Part shown: positions 40,861 through 55,977 of the stretch, piece after piece
How the letters are laid out: every line of letters begins with the position of its first letter
How positions within the stretch are numbered: the first letter of the stretch is position 1
From: Neocallimastix sp. 'constans'
Taxonomy: Eukaryota
Length of the DNA stretch: 64,000 bases
Direction: 5' to 3'
Assembly (NCBI GenBank): GCA_050613775.1
Contig: JBODTK010000001.1
Coordinates: forward strand, 496,001-560,000
Notes under the pieces: model-generated
Seen by the model: only the letters and a program-made list of their open reading frames with translations
Told to the model about the DNA's origin: nothing
Database searches by the model: none
Made by a program: the position numbers and the translations under genes

Positions 40861-43495
40861 AAATAAAACAAAATAAAATAAAGTAAAAGATAAAAATAAA
40901 AATAAAAACTAAAATTTATCTTATAAAAATAACAATTATTATTAATACTAATACTATTATTAAAAAAAAAAATAATAATTATTATTATTATAATTTAATA
41001 TTATTCATTGTTACAAAATATTAATACTAATACTATTATTAAAAAAAAATAATAATTATTATTATTATAATTTAATATTATTCATTGTTACAAAATAAAA
41101 TAAAGTAAAAGATAAAAATAAAAACTAAAACTTATCTTATAAAAATAACAATTATTATTAATACTAATACTATTATTAAAAAAAAAATAATTATTATTAT
41201 TATTATAATTTAATATTATTCATTGTTATAATTTTACATTATTATCTTATATTATTAATTATTATTTTAATACCATTATTATTTTATATTATTAATTATT
41301 ATTTTAATACCATTATTATTTAATATTATTCAATGTCATAGTTTTATATTATTTTTTTATTAATTTTATATTATTATTATTTTATGTTATTTTATTATTT
41401 TATATTAATATTTTATTTATTATTTTTAAATAATATTTTTATATTATTAATTCTCATATCTTCCTATTTTATTTTATAGTATTATATTTTATAATTATAA
41501 TATTTTATATTATTTTCATATTTTATTATTTTATTATATATTATTTGATATGGGGATAGTGTTTTCGCAATGCGACGTATTTTCGTATGTAGCTTGTTTT
41601 TTAATAAATAAATAAATAAAGAATAATTAAATAAAGAATAAATATTCTTTTTATATATATAATTTATTAATATTCAAATGTAAAAATAATTTTTTTGTAA
41701 TTCTTTCTTAATAGAATATATTATTATTTCTTTTGAAATACTTATTTAATAATTTAATAATATTTAATTGTAAAAATATATTATTATTTCTTTTGAAATA
41801 ATTATTTAATAATATTCAATTGTAAACAAAAAGAACATAGACTTACACATAATATTTAATTGTAAAAATATATTATTATTGTAAAAATTTATTATTATTT
41901 CGTTTGAAATAATTTTTTAATAGTATTTAATTGTAAAAATACATTATTTAATTATTAATATATTTATTTATGATTGTATAGAATACCTTAAAAATGTATG
42001 GCTTTATTTTTAATATTTACACCATATTGTGAAAATGCACTATATTCTATGATATAAAATGAAATATTCAAACCTTAGTTAATATAAAATAACATTTATT
42101 ATTCAAACATATTTAATGTCATAAATCTAATAAATATATAATATTTTCAATATATGGCTTGTTTTCTATATATTAATTATACTTTTAATTAATAATAAAT
42201 TTTGTAGTATAAAATGTTTTTTAATTATTTTTTTATATTTATATAGTTATTATTAAATATTTCCTTAAATAATAATCATTAATATTTATAATATTTTAGC
42301 ATAAAAATTCATTTAATTTATTTTAATCACACGAACAATTAATTAAATAGATAATAAAAACTAAATAACATATAAATAAAACATTTTCTTTGAAAAAAAA
42401 AAAGTGTGTAAGAAAGTTGTTAGATAGTTTTAAACGTGTAGTCAAGTATAATTATTTTACTTGAATAAATATAGATAATCTTAATAATAATAAAATTAAA
42501 TAAATAAATAAATAATATTTTAATAAATTTAATAAATAAATCCCAACAATAATACCTCGAACTTTGAGTTGTATATCATATTATTTTTATAATATTGTAA
42601 TGTTTTATATTAACGTTATACAATTAATTAGTTTGAAAATATTATTTTGTCGATTTGTAAATATATTTTTTAAATAATGTATTAAATTTTTTAATATAAC
42701 AATTCAATTAATCAGTACTTTTTTTTTTTTAAAAAAAAAAAAATAATAATAATTAAAGATTAAATTATTATATTGGAATATATTTTTAATATCATCTTTT
42801 AAAAACATTAGTAAAAATTTATAAACTTGTGCTATTTCGCAATAGAAGATGAGAAAATTATAAAGTTAGGATTAAATATAAAAATATAATATATAAAAAC
42901 TAACTTTAAAATTTTGTTTTTATATTTAATCCTAAGAATAATAGAAATGCATTTGAAATATTAACATAAAAATAATAATAATAATAATAATATCATTTAA
43001 TAATAAAAGAATAAATTTTAAAAATATCTCATTATTTTTATTTTATATAATTTTCAACAGAGTAAATTATTCAAAAGCATTACAAAAAAAAAAAAAAAAA
43101 AATTCTGTATAAATGAATATTCATTTTATCCAAAATTAAATAAAGATTTCAGTTATATATAAATTAAGGTTAGTAGTGATTGATTTCAAGAATATTCTAT
43201 TTTAAATATTAGAGTTAATAGTTTTTTTAAAAAATATATATATATATATATAATAAATTCAATAATGAATTAATACTATGGATAAAGTATTAATAAAATA
43301 AAATAAAAAATAAATAATAGAATATAAATATAAAGTATAGATTAAATAAAATAAAAGAAAAGTAAAGAAAAGAAAAGAAGAGAAAAAAAATTAATAAAAA
43401 TTAATAATAAACTTTTTAATAATCACCAAACCTTAATAAATAAAAATATAATAATATATAATATTTATAATTACATTATTTTATTATATTTTTTA

Positions 43496-43629
<134 letters not shown>

Positions 43630-43677
43630 TTATTATTATTTTATTATTATTTTTTTTTTTTTTTTTTTTGATAATAA

Positions 43678-43728
<51 letters not shown>

Positions 43729-44665
43729 AACATTCTATTATAATTTTTATATTTCAATGATATAATTATTATTGAAGTAAACCTTAAGTTCATCAACAAC
43801 AGCTCAATGATTTTTTCTTATTGTAATAATTTTATTTATTTTATTTAAATTCATTTTGTTCAACCATCAAAAATATTTCTGTTTTATTTCTGTCTGTATC
43901 CACTTTTAAAAACAAAAACAAAAAAATAAAATAAAAATAAAAATTAATTTAAAGTTTTATATAAAATAGAGTGTTAATCTAATTTCTTTTATATATATTA
44001 ACATTTTATTTTATTTTATTTTATTTTATTATATTTTATTATTTCATATTATCATTTATTTTATTTTTCTATATGATTAAATTCTTTAGTAAATTTTATT
44101 TTGTTAAGATAAAAATAAAAAATATTTAATTAAAAAAAAATTAAATTAAAAAAAAAAAATTAAATTAAAAAGTATTAAATAAAATTAAAAAATAAAATAT
44201 TAATAATAAAATTTTAAATAAAAAAAAAAAGCAGAAAAGAAAAGAAAAGAAATATAAAAAAGAATATAAATATAAATTATTCCTATTTATAAAGATATAG
44301 AAATAAAATAAAAAGAAAAGACTTTTTCATTAAAATAACATTTCAGCTTTAAATCAGAATTAATATTTTATTGATTATAAAAATTTTTATCCCACTATAA
44401 TATAAAAATTAAAATATAAAATTAAATAAAATATAAAATAAAATATAAAATAAAATATAAAATATAAAATAAAATTAAATAAAATAAATATAAATATAAA
44501 TAAATGGATTAGACCAAAAGTTTAATATATATCAAATTTTATGAAGTGGAGACACTCCTTAACAACTTTCTGAAACTTTTTGTGTAAAGTGATTTAATTA
44601 ACATTATTTAAAAGATGATTAAAATCTTATTTATGGATGTTTGGTAATAATTAAAATAGAAAATT

Positions 44666-44820
44666 GTTTATTATTTTTTTAAACTCTTTTAATAATTAAA
44701 ATAAAACATATAATGAAATCACAATCATTAAATATGAAAGATGTATTATTTTTTTAAACTCTTTTAATAATTAAAATAAAACATATAATGAAATCACAAT
44801 CATTAAATATGAAAGATGTA
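44666..44820 (+). repeat. Two-unit tandem repeat, ~77 bp
   Basis: tattatttttttaaactcttttaataattaaaataaaacatataatgaaatcacaatcattaaatatgaaagatgta occurs twice in tandem. Confidence 0.9.
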
Positions 44821-46019
44821 ACTCTTTCATATTTTTTTTTTTTTTACTTATACATAACTGAAAAATATTTAAAAGAATGCTATTTATATTTAATTCAAAT
44901 TGATTATTATAAATAATTAATCAATATCAACCTATTCTATATTAATAATCTTTTTTTTATTTATTTATTTTATTTAACAATAAAGCAAAAAAAATAATTA
45001 TAATTATACAATATTAATTTTAATTTTTACCATCATTTAGTAGTAAATCAACCAAAATGATAATGTTTATGAGTAAATACATAATTTATGATAATTTTTT
45101 TCTTTATTGAAATAATAAAAATTGATAATACTTATTTTACTGAATATTGATACATTATTATATTTATATTTATGTATATATTATCTTTTTTAAATAGATA
45201 TATCTATTTTTTTTTTTTATTTTATTGTTCTCTATACTTATATATACATATATGATTCATTTAATTATTTAATATAATATTAAATTTATTTATTATCTTA
45301 TTTTATTTTTATTTTATTACTTCTGTTTATATATATATGTATATATGAAGAAAGAAAAGGAAAAAAAAAAAGATACTTTGAAAAATGAGTAATTAATTAA
45401 ATTTAAAATATAAAATTTTATTAATAAAGTAATAAAAAAAATAATAATAAATAAAAAGATTATAATTTAAAGTTTAGAAATCCCATTGAATATCATTGTT
45501 GTGCAATGTTAATTTTACCAAAAAGAGTTAATAATATATTGTTTAATTAAAATTTTAATAATGATTAAAGTTTATAATCCTCTCATTTCATATAATAAAT
45601 AAGAAATAAGAAATAAGAAATAATAAATAATAATAATAATTAATAATAATAAATAATAATAATAAATAATAATAATAAATTATAATAATAATAATAAAAT
45701 AATGTAACATAAAAAATATTTATGAAAAAAAAATTTTTTTATTTTTTTATATATAAATTAAAATAAATAAAAGCATTTTTACCATTAAAAAAAATATTTT
45801 AAAAAGAAATATAAAAATAAAATTGAAATCTAAATTAAGATTAAAAAAGAATAAATAATAAGAATATTTCAATTTTATTTAAAAATAGAATAGAATGAAA
45901 GTATAATGACAAAATAAAAATAACTATATAAAATTAATAATTTATTAATATAAAATTATGTAATAGTACCACAATAAGGTTATAATAAATTCAAAATAAA
46001 TACATAAAAAGAGAAATTA

Positions 46020-46085
<66 letters not shown>

Positions 46086-46230
46086 AATAATAATAATTAT
46101 ACAAAATCGAGAAAAAAATAAAAAGAAGAAAAAAAAGAAAAAATGCAAATAGTTGTAAAAACAAATGTTTGATAAAACTTTCATAAAGGTGTTAAATTCT
46201 AATATTAAAAATTAATTTAAATAAATCCAA

Positions 46231-46270
<40 letters not shown>

Positions 46271-46462
46271 TTTAAAATAAAAATTTAAAAGTATATATAT
46301 ATATATTTTTTTTTAAAATTAAAGAAATTTCTAAATTATAAAAATTTTATTTAATATCTTTTTTTTTTCTTTTTTTTTTTTTTTTATTATTAAGGAAAAA
46401 AAAAAAAAAGAAATAAAATTACAAAAAAAAATATAAAAATAAAACTAAAAAAATAAAAAAAA

Positions 46463-49400
46463 ATGAATACCCTAATTTTATTATACTCCAATATATTTTT
46501 AATATTAAATATATTAATATGTTATATTGAAAAGGTATCCGGTGAAAATAATTATTATATTATTTCCATAAGAAGAAGTTCCAAAGACAAAGAATATGAT
46601 GATGCAAGTAAAAAAGTTCAACTTGCAATTGACGAACTGGTCAACGACCGAATGAATGATATTTATGATATTATTAGTGAACATCAAGACACATATATTA
46701 AGAAAAATGGTGAACAGGATGAAAAATTGGAGGAGCTTGTCTCTTCTTCACAATTAAAAAAACGTCATAATCATAATCCAATTGATTGTAAAACTAAAAA
46801 TAATAAGAAAAAGATAGATAAGAAAAATATAAATCATAAAAATTTTAATGGTGAAGTATTAAAGAAAAATGATAAAAATTATAATGATGAAGTATCAAGG
46901 AAAAATAATACAAGTTATAATGATGGTGAGGTATTAAAGGAAAAAAATATAAAATTTCTGTTTTTGAATGTAAATAGACCTCAATCCCAAAACATTTACA
47001 AACGTTCACAAAATACAACAGAGATAGAAAATAAAGAAATTGTAGAATTCATTCCTATCGAATCAAAATTAGTTAATCCATTATGTCCAGTATTAAATTA
47101 TTATACTGTCCGAGCTTATCTCTCGGATGATATCATTGAAAAAATTAAAAAATTACCAAACGTTATTCGATGTGAAAAAATAATAAAAGCAGAAAAATAT
47201 AGTGCTGATAATCACTTAGATACATTTTATAGTAAGGAACAGATACAGGAAGAAGCAAAATGGAAGGATGTTAATGTACAGGAAAATAAATTTGATTTTA
47301 ATCTCACTTCTAGTCATTTATCACTAATATCCCAGGGAAGAGTTAATGATACTATTCTCTATGATAATAATTATTATTATCCATCATCAGCTGGAAAAGG
47401 TATCGATATCTTTATTATTGATTCTGGTATCAATATCTTACTCAATAAAGATGATTTTGATCAATATCAAAACACGGAGGATGAACGTACCGTTATATGT
47501 GACGGTAAAATTTATGATGGACAATATCATCCGGTTACTGGTGACTCCAAGTATGCTTGTATCGTCGACAATGAATATACCCATGGTACCATTGTTGCTG
47601 CTGTTGCTGCTGGTACCATTAGTGGTGTGGCAAAAAAAGCAAATATTCATATGTTAGCGGCAGGTTTAAGTTCGGATAACGATTTAGTTGCCTTCGATTA
47701 TATTAAACAATATGGAAAGCCTCATAAAACCGTTATAAATATTTCTCGAGGATATTACAAATATATAAAAAATATTGAGGATAAAATAAACGAACTAATT
47801 AATTCAGGTTTCATTATCTTTGCCTCCTCAGGAAATTCAGGTATGAATGCCTGTGATGGTAGAAGATACTATTCAAGTTTCAGTAATGTTATCTCCGTCG
47901 GTTCGATTAATAATGAAAATATAAAATTTGGTATGGATAGTGTGTATTCACATGCGTATTGGTCCAACTTTGGTGACTGTATAACATTTCATGCCCCAGG
48001 ATATGTTAAGATTACCTCTGCTTCCAATGAAGTAGTACTTTCTGATTCAGGTACTTCCTTTTCTTCACCAATTGTTGCAGGTGTTGCGGCATTAGTGATG
48101 TCCGAAAATTCTGAAAAAGATTATACCTATGAAACCATAAAAAAGGAATTAATCGACTTATCGATAAAGAATGTCATCCGGGGAATATTCGGTAAGGCTC
48201 CCAATCAACTCATTAATAATGGTAAAAAAATAATATACCAACCGCCAAGATGTGATGATCCATCTGGGTTATATAAATGTACTGAGGGATGTTGTACTAA
48301 GCATGGTCATTGTGTCAAACCTGAAGAATCATCTGATTCCAAATCCCTGTGTTACGTTGAAAATGGTTGTCTCCCTGACTATGGTCAATGCTTTTCCTCA
48401 AGATGTGATAGTCCTCTTCGAGAACGGGACTGTACTGAAGATGAATGTTGCTCCAAAAATGGGAAATATGTTAATATTTTTAAAGATCCCAACAACTATT
48501 GTTTTATTGAAAATGGTTGTCAAACGGAATTCAGTGATAAATGTCTTTCGCTTGACAAAAATTATAATGATAGTGATAAATATGATCTAAAGAAATACCA
48601 GGAGAGAATTGACGATTTTTCTTGTGCTTATGAACTTCAACCGTATAAAGCTTGTGATTTTGAATACGATATTTCCCTTTATACCAAATCCTATTTCATT
48701 GATAAATGTAAATCCTATGAGAAAGCGAACTGTCGAGAATTCTTTAAGGCTCCACTGGAGTATGCCCCAAGTTGTAAAAATACCATCGATAGGTTTAAAT
48801 ACCCTCTGCTTAATGTCTTCTCCCCCACCCAAATGGAAATACGTACGGCTTCACGTAACCTCATCTGTGCTCGAGAAGATGATCAAAATCCAGAGAGTAT
48901 GTGTGGAGTGGCTGAACAACAATTTATCTATCGATTCTTCCCTGATAAACCACACTTTGAACGTGCTTGTAGATACAGGGAATGCTATCAAGCAAGTTAT
49001 AAATTTTACGAAAATCTTTACTATGAATATCAAAATCTCTCTAAAAATGATCCAGGATACAATTACTTCTTAAACGTATTCGGAACTTTTTTAAACTATT
49101 TAGATTCAGATGAATGTCTTTCTCTTTTTAGAAATCAAACTCTATCCTCATTAGAACCTCAAAATTTTAATAATAACAATAATAATAATAATTTCACTTC
49201 TACTCTAGATACGGAAGAAAAAGAAAAAGAAAAAGAAGAAGAAGAAGAAAAAGTTATTAATGATACCACCACTACCACCACTTCCCCAAAAAATGAAATT
49301 AATTCCATCATAATGACTTTATCTCCCTCCACTACATTTAATTTTGATATTAATTCTACAACCATTTCAACATTTTATACAGAAACTACTACATTTACTA

Positions 49401-50233
49401 AAACTACAACTACAACGTCATCATCAATAACTACTATCACTAATACCCCAAATAAAGATAAATCTTCCACTCAAAATAGTATTAATCATACTAAAACTAA
49501 AAAAAAATCACGTAGTACTACTACGCTTATATCTTCAATTAAAAGCAATAGAATTAGCTCTTCCAAAACAGTGAAGGCTACAAAAAGTATTATACCCTCC
49601 AAAACAAAGAGTTCCTCTTCTATTAAAAAGATTCCAACTTCCACCGTTCCTGGAAAATGTGGACCAGGCTATGGCGTCTGTGCTGAAACTGGTTCCTGTT
49701 GTAGTAAGTATGGCTATTGTGGTACGTCGAGTGACCATTGTGGTGATGGCTGTCAAGAGAAATATGGTCACTGTTCCTCCTCCTCCTCCATAAGTAAAGC
49801 TAAAACAAGAGTAAAATCAACCACTACAATGAATACTTCTTCTGAAACGACTGCCACCGCCACCATCACCACCACCACTAAAAAGATTTCAATTCCAACC
49901 TCCACCGTACCTGGAAAATGTGGACCAGGCTATGGTACCTGTGCCGAACCCGGTACCTGTTGTAGTAAGTATGGCTATTGTGGTACGTCGAGTGATCATT
50001 GTGGTGATGGCTGTCAAAGTGAATATGGAAGATGTTCCTCAACAACAACAACCGATTCAGCTTCCAAGAGTTCACCGATCGTTAATGGAATTCCAACTTC
50101 CACCGTACCTGGAAAATGTGGACCAGGCTATGGTGCCTGTGCCGAACCCGGTACCTGTTGTAGTAAGTATGGCTATTGTGGAACGTCCAATGATTATTGT
50201 GGTCATGGTTGTCAACCAACCTATGGTATATGT

Positions 50234-50239
<6 letters not shown>
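46463..50239 (+). CDS. Secreted subtilisin-like (S8) serine protease with chitin-binding CBM18 (hevein) modules, 1258 aa
   Basis: N-terminal hydrophobic leader and long prodomain. Catalytic triad motifs IFIIDSG, HGTIVA and SGTSFSSP, plus the oxyanion motif SSGN. Two divergent Cys modules follow the S8 domain, then a Thr/Ser linker and three GKCGPGYG.CAE.G.CCSKYGYCG....C..GCQ..YG.C repeats. Confidence 0.95.
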
Positions 50240-50268
<29 letters not shown>

Positions 50269-51562
50269 TATATAAAAATAAAATTAAAATTAATTAAAAA
50301 AAAAAAAAAAAGGAAAAAGAAAATATAAAATTAAAATTAAATTTAATTTAAAAAAAAAAAAAAAAAAAAGAAAAAGAAAAAAACTTAAAACAACATAAAA
50401 AAAAACTTTTTTTCTATTATAATATTTATAATCATGTTCATATCTTTTTTTTTTTTTTTTTTTTTTTTTAATTAATATAATTTTATTTTTTTTTATTTTT
50501 TTTTTTTTTTTTATTTTTTCATTTTTTTTTTTTTTTTCCATTTTATATTTATTTTTAATTTATTATAAAATTGTGAAGATAAAAATAATTTAAAGTATTA
50601 ATTATTATTATAAAGAAAAAAAAAAATAAAATAATAATAATAATAATAATAATAATAATTAAAAAATGTAGTATATAAAATTTGTTAATATTGAATTAAA
50701 TATTTATTTATAGGTGATTTAGTAATGCTACTAACTAATAAGAATGATAATGATAATAATAAATAATAATGATAAATAATAATGATAAATAATAATGATG
50801 ATAAATTATAATTATAATAATAATAAAAAAAAAATAAAAAAATAAAAAAAAAATAAAAAAAAAAAAAAGACATGAATTAACGATAACAACAATAAAAAAT
50901 AATAATAATAATAAATATTAAATAATAATACCTAACAAATTCTTATATAGTAAATATTTAATAATATTAATAATAAAAAAAAATAAATAAATAAATATGA
51001 AAAATATTATGACTATTTATTACTCTATTTATGACTACTTTTTTTTTTTTTTTAAATGATCCTCTCATAGGAAAAATCGTAATGAATGAATGAATGATTA
51101 ATAATAATTGTGTAAGAATATTTTTATTTTTTTAAAAAAAAAAAAATAAAAAAAAATAATAATAATAATAATAATAAAAATAATATTATTATTATAATAA
51201 TTATACATATTAAGTATTTCAATGATATAATTATATATAATTATTTTAATGATATATTAAAATTAATTTATCTTAAAAATTTAATTGTATAAATATGTCT
51301 ATTGTATATATAAATATTTTAATAATATATATAAATATGTCTATTGTATATATAAATATTTTAATGATATATTAAAATTGATTTATTTTTATCTTAAAAA
51401 AAAAAAATAATAAAAAAAAAAAAAAGGCAAAAAAGGCATCACCAAATTTTTTTTTTTTTTTTTTTTTTTAAAGTTACATAAAAAATATCATTAGAAGGAT
51501 AAAAAAAAAAAGGAATTAAATATATTTTGATTTGTGTAACATCAAATGTTTGAATTTTTTAT

Positions 51563-51617
<55 letters not shown>

Positions 51618-51970
51618 ATTTTTTTTTTTAATTTTTTTTTAATATTTTTTTTTAATATTTTTATTTTATTTTTTGTGAGTCAAACTTTTAATATGCATAT
51701 TACTCGGCATTTGGGATAAATTTTTTTTTTAAGAAAATGTTAAATAATAATTGAATAATAAATAATAATATAAAAAAATATATATATATAAAATTAATGA
51801 TAATAATTAAAATATAAAATTATAAAATAAAATTATAATATAAATATAATAAAATTAAAATTAAACATGTTTAAAATAATAATAATAATAATAATAATAA
51901 AAACGGATCAATAATATTATGATATACATGACATTTCATATTTATATATATATTAAATTTTTAAATTTTT

Positions 51971-52018
<48 letters not shown>

Positions 52019-52318
52019 TTTTCATTTTTTTAATGTATTTAATAAGAAATGAATGACTATGTTCATCTTATTAACAATAAAATAAATAATTGAATTTTTT
52101 TTTTTTAATTATATGAAATATATGTTTTTATTTTTATTTTTTTTTTTTTTTTACTTCCTCAACTATTTCTTCATCAATTATTGCTAAATATATAATATTT
52201 TCTTTCTTCATTGTATGATGAGATCTTTTCTATTTTTAACTATTCATCATTTTAATAATACTATTAATATCCTCTATGAATTCCAAGGGCTACAAATCAT
52301 TAGGTAGTATTGTTTTTA

Positions 52319-52322
<4 letters not shown>

Positions 52323-52349
<27 letters not shown>

Positions 52350-52664
52350 TAGACTGAAGACTTTGGTCTTCCCCATATAGTAATATGGGTGTATGATTAA
52401 CTGCCATACCGGTACGGGGTCGACGCTCTCAACTCCCCATAAGCAAAGAAACTCCATATAGAAGCACCCTACGCGATCCTCGAGGGAAAGCAGAGCCAAC
52501 TATAGGTGGCGTCCTTGCCATCCCAGAGGAGCTGGACACTGTAAATCCTCTCAGACAAGGCTTACGCAATGGGATTCTTATAGTGTTAGAAATATAGAAA
52601 ACTTAGAAAGTATACCTACCTGAGTATCGTTTAACCCCTAACCTTTCACGCAAAACCCAAAGGG
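52323..52664 (-). mobile_element. SINE-like poly(A) retroposon, family A, copy 1
   Basis: Poly(T) at 52323-52348 (a poly(A) tail on the minus strand) and a ~315-nt GC-rich body, with an exact 14-bp direct repeat attgtttttaggat at 52309-52322 and 52665-52678. Confidence 0.85.
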
Positions 52665-52713
52665 ATTGTTTTTAGGATGATCTGGTTGATGTATACGAGT
52701 ACCTCAATTAAAA

Positions 52714-52756
<43 letters not shown>

Positions 52757-52836
52757 CTATCCTATCTTCTTTAAACCATCTTTACATTTATCATACTATG
52801 GTGTTCCAATCCTTTTTTTTTTTTTTTAAATTATTT

Positions 52837-52907
<71 letters not shown>

Positions 52908-53684
52908 TTCATACATTTGTACATTTACACTATTTACTTTATTTGCAAATCCAGTAATTTCATGATAATATAAATCTTTCTTAAAAAAGTTAAAATTTAA
53001 ACTAAATAATAAAAAATTTAAAAAAATATATATATTTATATATTACATATTATATTACTAAATCATATTTAAGGCAACAAATGATATTATTTTACAAAAT
53101 TTAACTATGTCTCTCTCTCTATATATAAATTGAATAATAAATAATAATATAAAAAAAAATATATATATAAAATTAATGATAATAATTAAAATATAAAATT
53201 ATAAAATAAAATTATAATATAAATATAATAAAATTAAAATTAAACATGTTTAAAATAATAATAATAATAATAAAAACGGATCAATAATATTATGATATAC
53301 ATGACATTTCATATTTATATATATATTAAATTTTTAAATTTATATTATTTATTTATTTATGTAAATTATTTATTTATTTATTTATTTTTATTTTTTTAAT
53401 GTATTTAATAAGAAATGAATGACTATGTTCATCTTATTAACAATAAAATAAATAATTGAATTTTTTTTTTTTAATTATATGAAATATATGTTTTTATTTT
53501 TATTTTTTTTTTTTTTTTACTTCCTCAACTATTTCTTCATCAATTATTGCTAAATATATAATATTTTCTTTCTTCATTGTATGATGAGATCTTTTCTATT
53601 TTTAACTATTCATCATTTTAATAATACTATTAATATCCTCTATGAATTCCAAGGGCTACAAATCATTAGGTAGTATTGTTTTTA

Positions 53685-53688
<4 letters not shown>

Positions 53689-53721
<33 letters not shown>

Positions 53722-54034
53722 GACTGAAGACTTTGGTCTTCCCCATATAGTAATATGGGTGTATGATTAACTGCCATACCGGTACGGGGTCGACGCTCTC
53801 AACTCCCCATAAGCAAAGAAACTCCATATAGAAGCACCCTACGCGATCCTCGAGGGAAAGCAGAGCCAACTATAGGTGGCGTCCTTGCCATCCCAGAGGA
53901 GCTGGACACTGTAAATCCTCTCAGACAAGGCTTACGCAATGGGATTCTTATAGTGTTAGAAATATAGAAAACTTAGAAAGTATACCTACCTGAGTATCGT
54001 TTAACCCCTAACCTTTCACGCAAAACCCAAAGGG
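53689..54034 (-). mobile_element. SINE-like poly(A) retroposon, family A, copy 2
   Basis: Body appears identical to copy 1, with the same 14-bp repeat at 53675-53688 and 54035-54048. Produced by the tandem duplication. Confidence 0.85.
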
Positions 54035-54083
54035 ATTGTTTTTAGGATGATCTGGTTGATGTATACGAGTACCTCAATTAAAA

Positions 54084-54123
<40 letters not shown>

Positions 54124-54207
54124 CTATCCTATCTTCTTTAAACCATCTTTACATTTACCATACTATGGTGTTCCAATCCCTTTTTTTTTTAAATTATTTT
54201 TATTTAG

Positions 54208-54298
<91 letters not shown>

Positions 54299-54885
54299 TT
54301 CATACATTTGTACATTTACACTATTTACTTTATTTGCAAATCCAGTAATTTCATGATAATATAAATCATTTTTAAAAAAGTTAAACTAAACTAAATAATA
54401 AAAAAATTAAAAAAAAAATATATATATAATATATATTACATATTATATTACTAAATCATAGTTAAGGTAACAAATTATACTATTTTACAAAATTTAACTA
54501 TGTCTCTAGATATATATATATGTATAATTTTTAAATTTAAATCAATTTCTTCATCAATCGTGATACCGTAATCTTTATTGGTTCCATTTTATATAAATCG
54601 ATAGGATTCATAGAATGACAACCCTTTAACTATACTTTTTGCACAAGTAATTATGTAATTACGGAGCTAAATAATAATTTTCACCGAATGGATACTTAAA
54701 AGTATTGATCAGCTCAATCATGTCTTAATTTATTCACTTAAGATTTCAAAGTCTTGATTTGATTGCACACGTTAAGACAACGATAAGTTCACTTTGGAGC
54801 GTGAAAGGGCCATTTTTTGGGCCATTTTTTGGTGGGGGTTTCCGCTGATTATAACCAAAAAAAAAAAAAAAAAAAAAAATTGTAA

Positions 54886-54917
<32 letters not shown>

Positions 54918-55083
54918 GTTATCCATCCAACCTTTTCCGAAAGAATTATTAACAATTATTCATACGGTTAAATTATCGCCATTAATTTTTTTTTTTTATT
55001 TTATTTTATTTTATTTGTTCATCTACAATAATTTAATCGTTTTATCTTTTTATCTTTTTATCTTTTTATCTTTATTGGTTTTT

Positions 55084-55114
<31 letters not shown>

Positions 55115-55549
55115 GATAGATTGTTTCTTACCCTCTCTGAGGTCCTACTATTTTAAATGACTTGATAAGTAATTATTGTCTTTCTCTATTTCTAATAAAA
55201 AAAAAAATAAAAAAAAAAAGTTCTTTTGAAAATTTGGAATCATTCTTCACAAAACGTATTTATTTCAAGAAAATCTAAAATAAAATTAAATAACTTTTTA
55301 TGCCTTTAAAGTTATCTTTAAAAATAAAATAATTTTATAAATAATAAAAAAAATTTTATGAATAGACAATGCCTTACAACAACAATTGAGAACAAAAAAA
55401 AAAAAGAGATAAGAGATATATCATTAGAACAAATTAATAATGTAGATCCTGGAAAGTAACAAAAAATTTAAATGATATTTCGATAAATATTCCAAAAAAT
55501 AAAAAAAAAATAAAAATAAAAATAAAAAAAAATAAAAAAATAAAAAATA

Positions 55550-55580
<31 letters not shown>

Positions 55581-55874
55581 TATTTAAAGTACAATGAATA
55601 TAGATTATGAGAAAGACCTTATGAAAAGAATATATTAATATTAAATAAAATATTTTTTTAATTCAAAGTTAAATATATATATATATATATATATTTATAA
55701 TATTTATATATATATATATATATATATATTTATAATATTTATAACATTTATATAAGAATATGCCCTCAAAAGTACAATATTAGTGAACAAGATAATGAAA
55801 TGATGGATGGTCACCGGTAATGCATACGATTTGTGCTAATAAAAATATATCAAAGGGATCAAAATTATTAATTG

Positions 55875-55907
<33 letters not shown>

Positions 55908-55977
55908 AGAAGAAAAAAAAAAAAAAAAGGAAAAAGGAAAAGAGGTCAATTCATTAAGTTTCATTAAATAAAAAAAA

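Larger units (their letters stand above)
51749..54507 (+). repeat. Recent tandem duplication, unit ~1.38 kb (51749-53114 and 53128-54507)
   Basis: The units are near-identical apart from homopolymer and microsatellite lengths. Each carries a SINE-like copy with the same target-site duplication. Confidence 0.92.

Noticed and set aside
52631..52646. ccctaacc / ggttaggg telomere-like or telomerase-template-like word in the SINE-like family (also cctaaccc at 6534)
   Set aside because: Single short word, not identical between subtypes, and on the strand opposite the poly(A) tail for a template reading.
54797..54850. gagcgtga (U3 box B-like) followed by ctga
   Set aside because: No box A or box C context, so U3 snoRNA is not supported.
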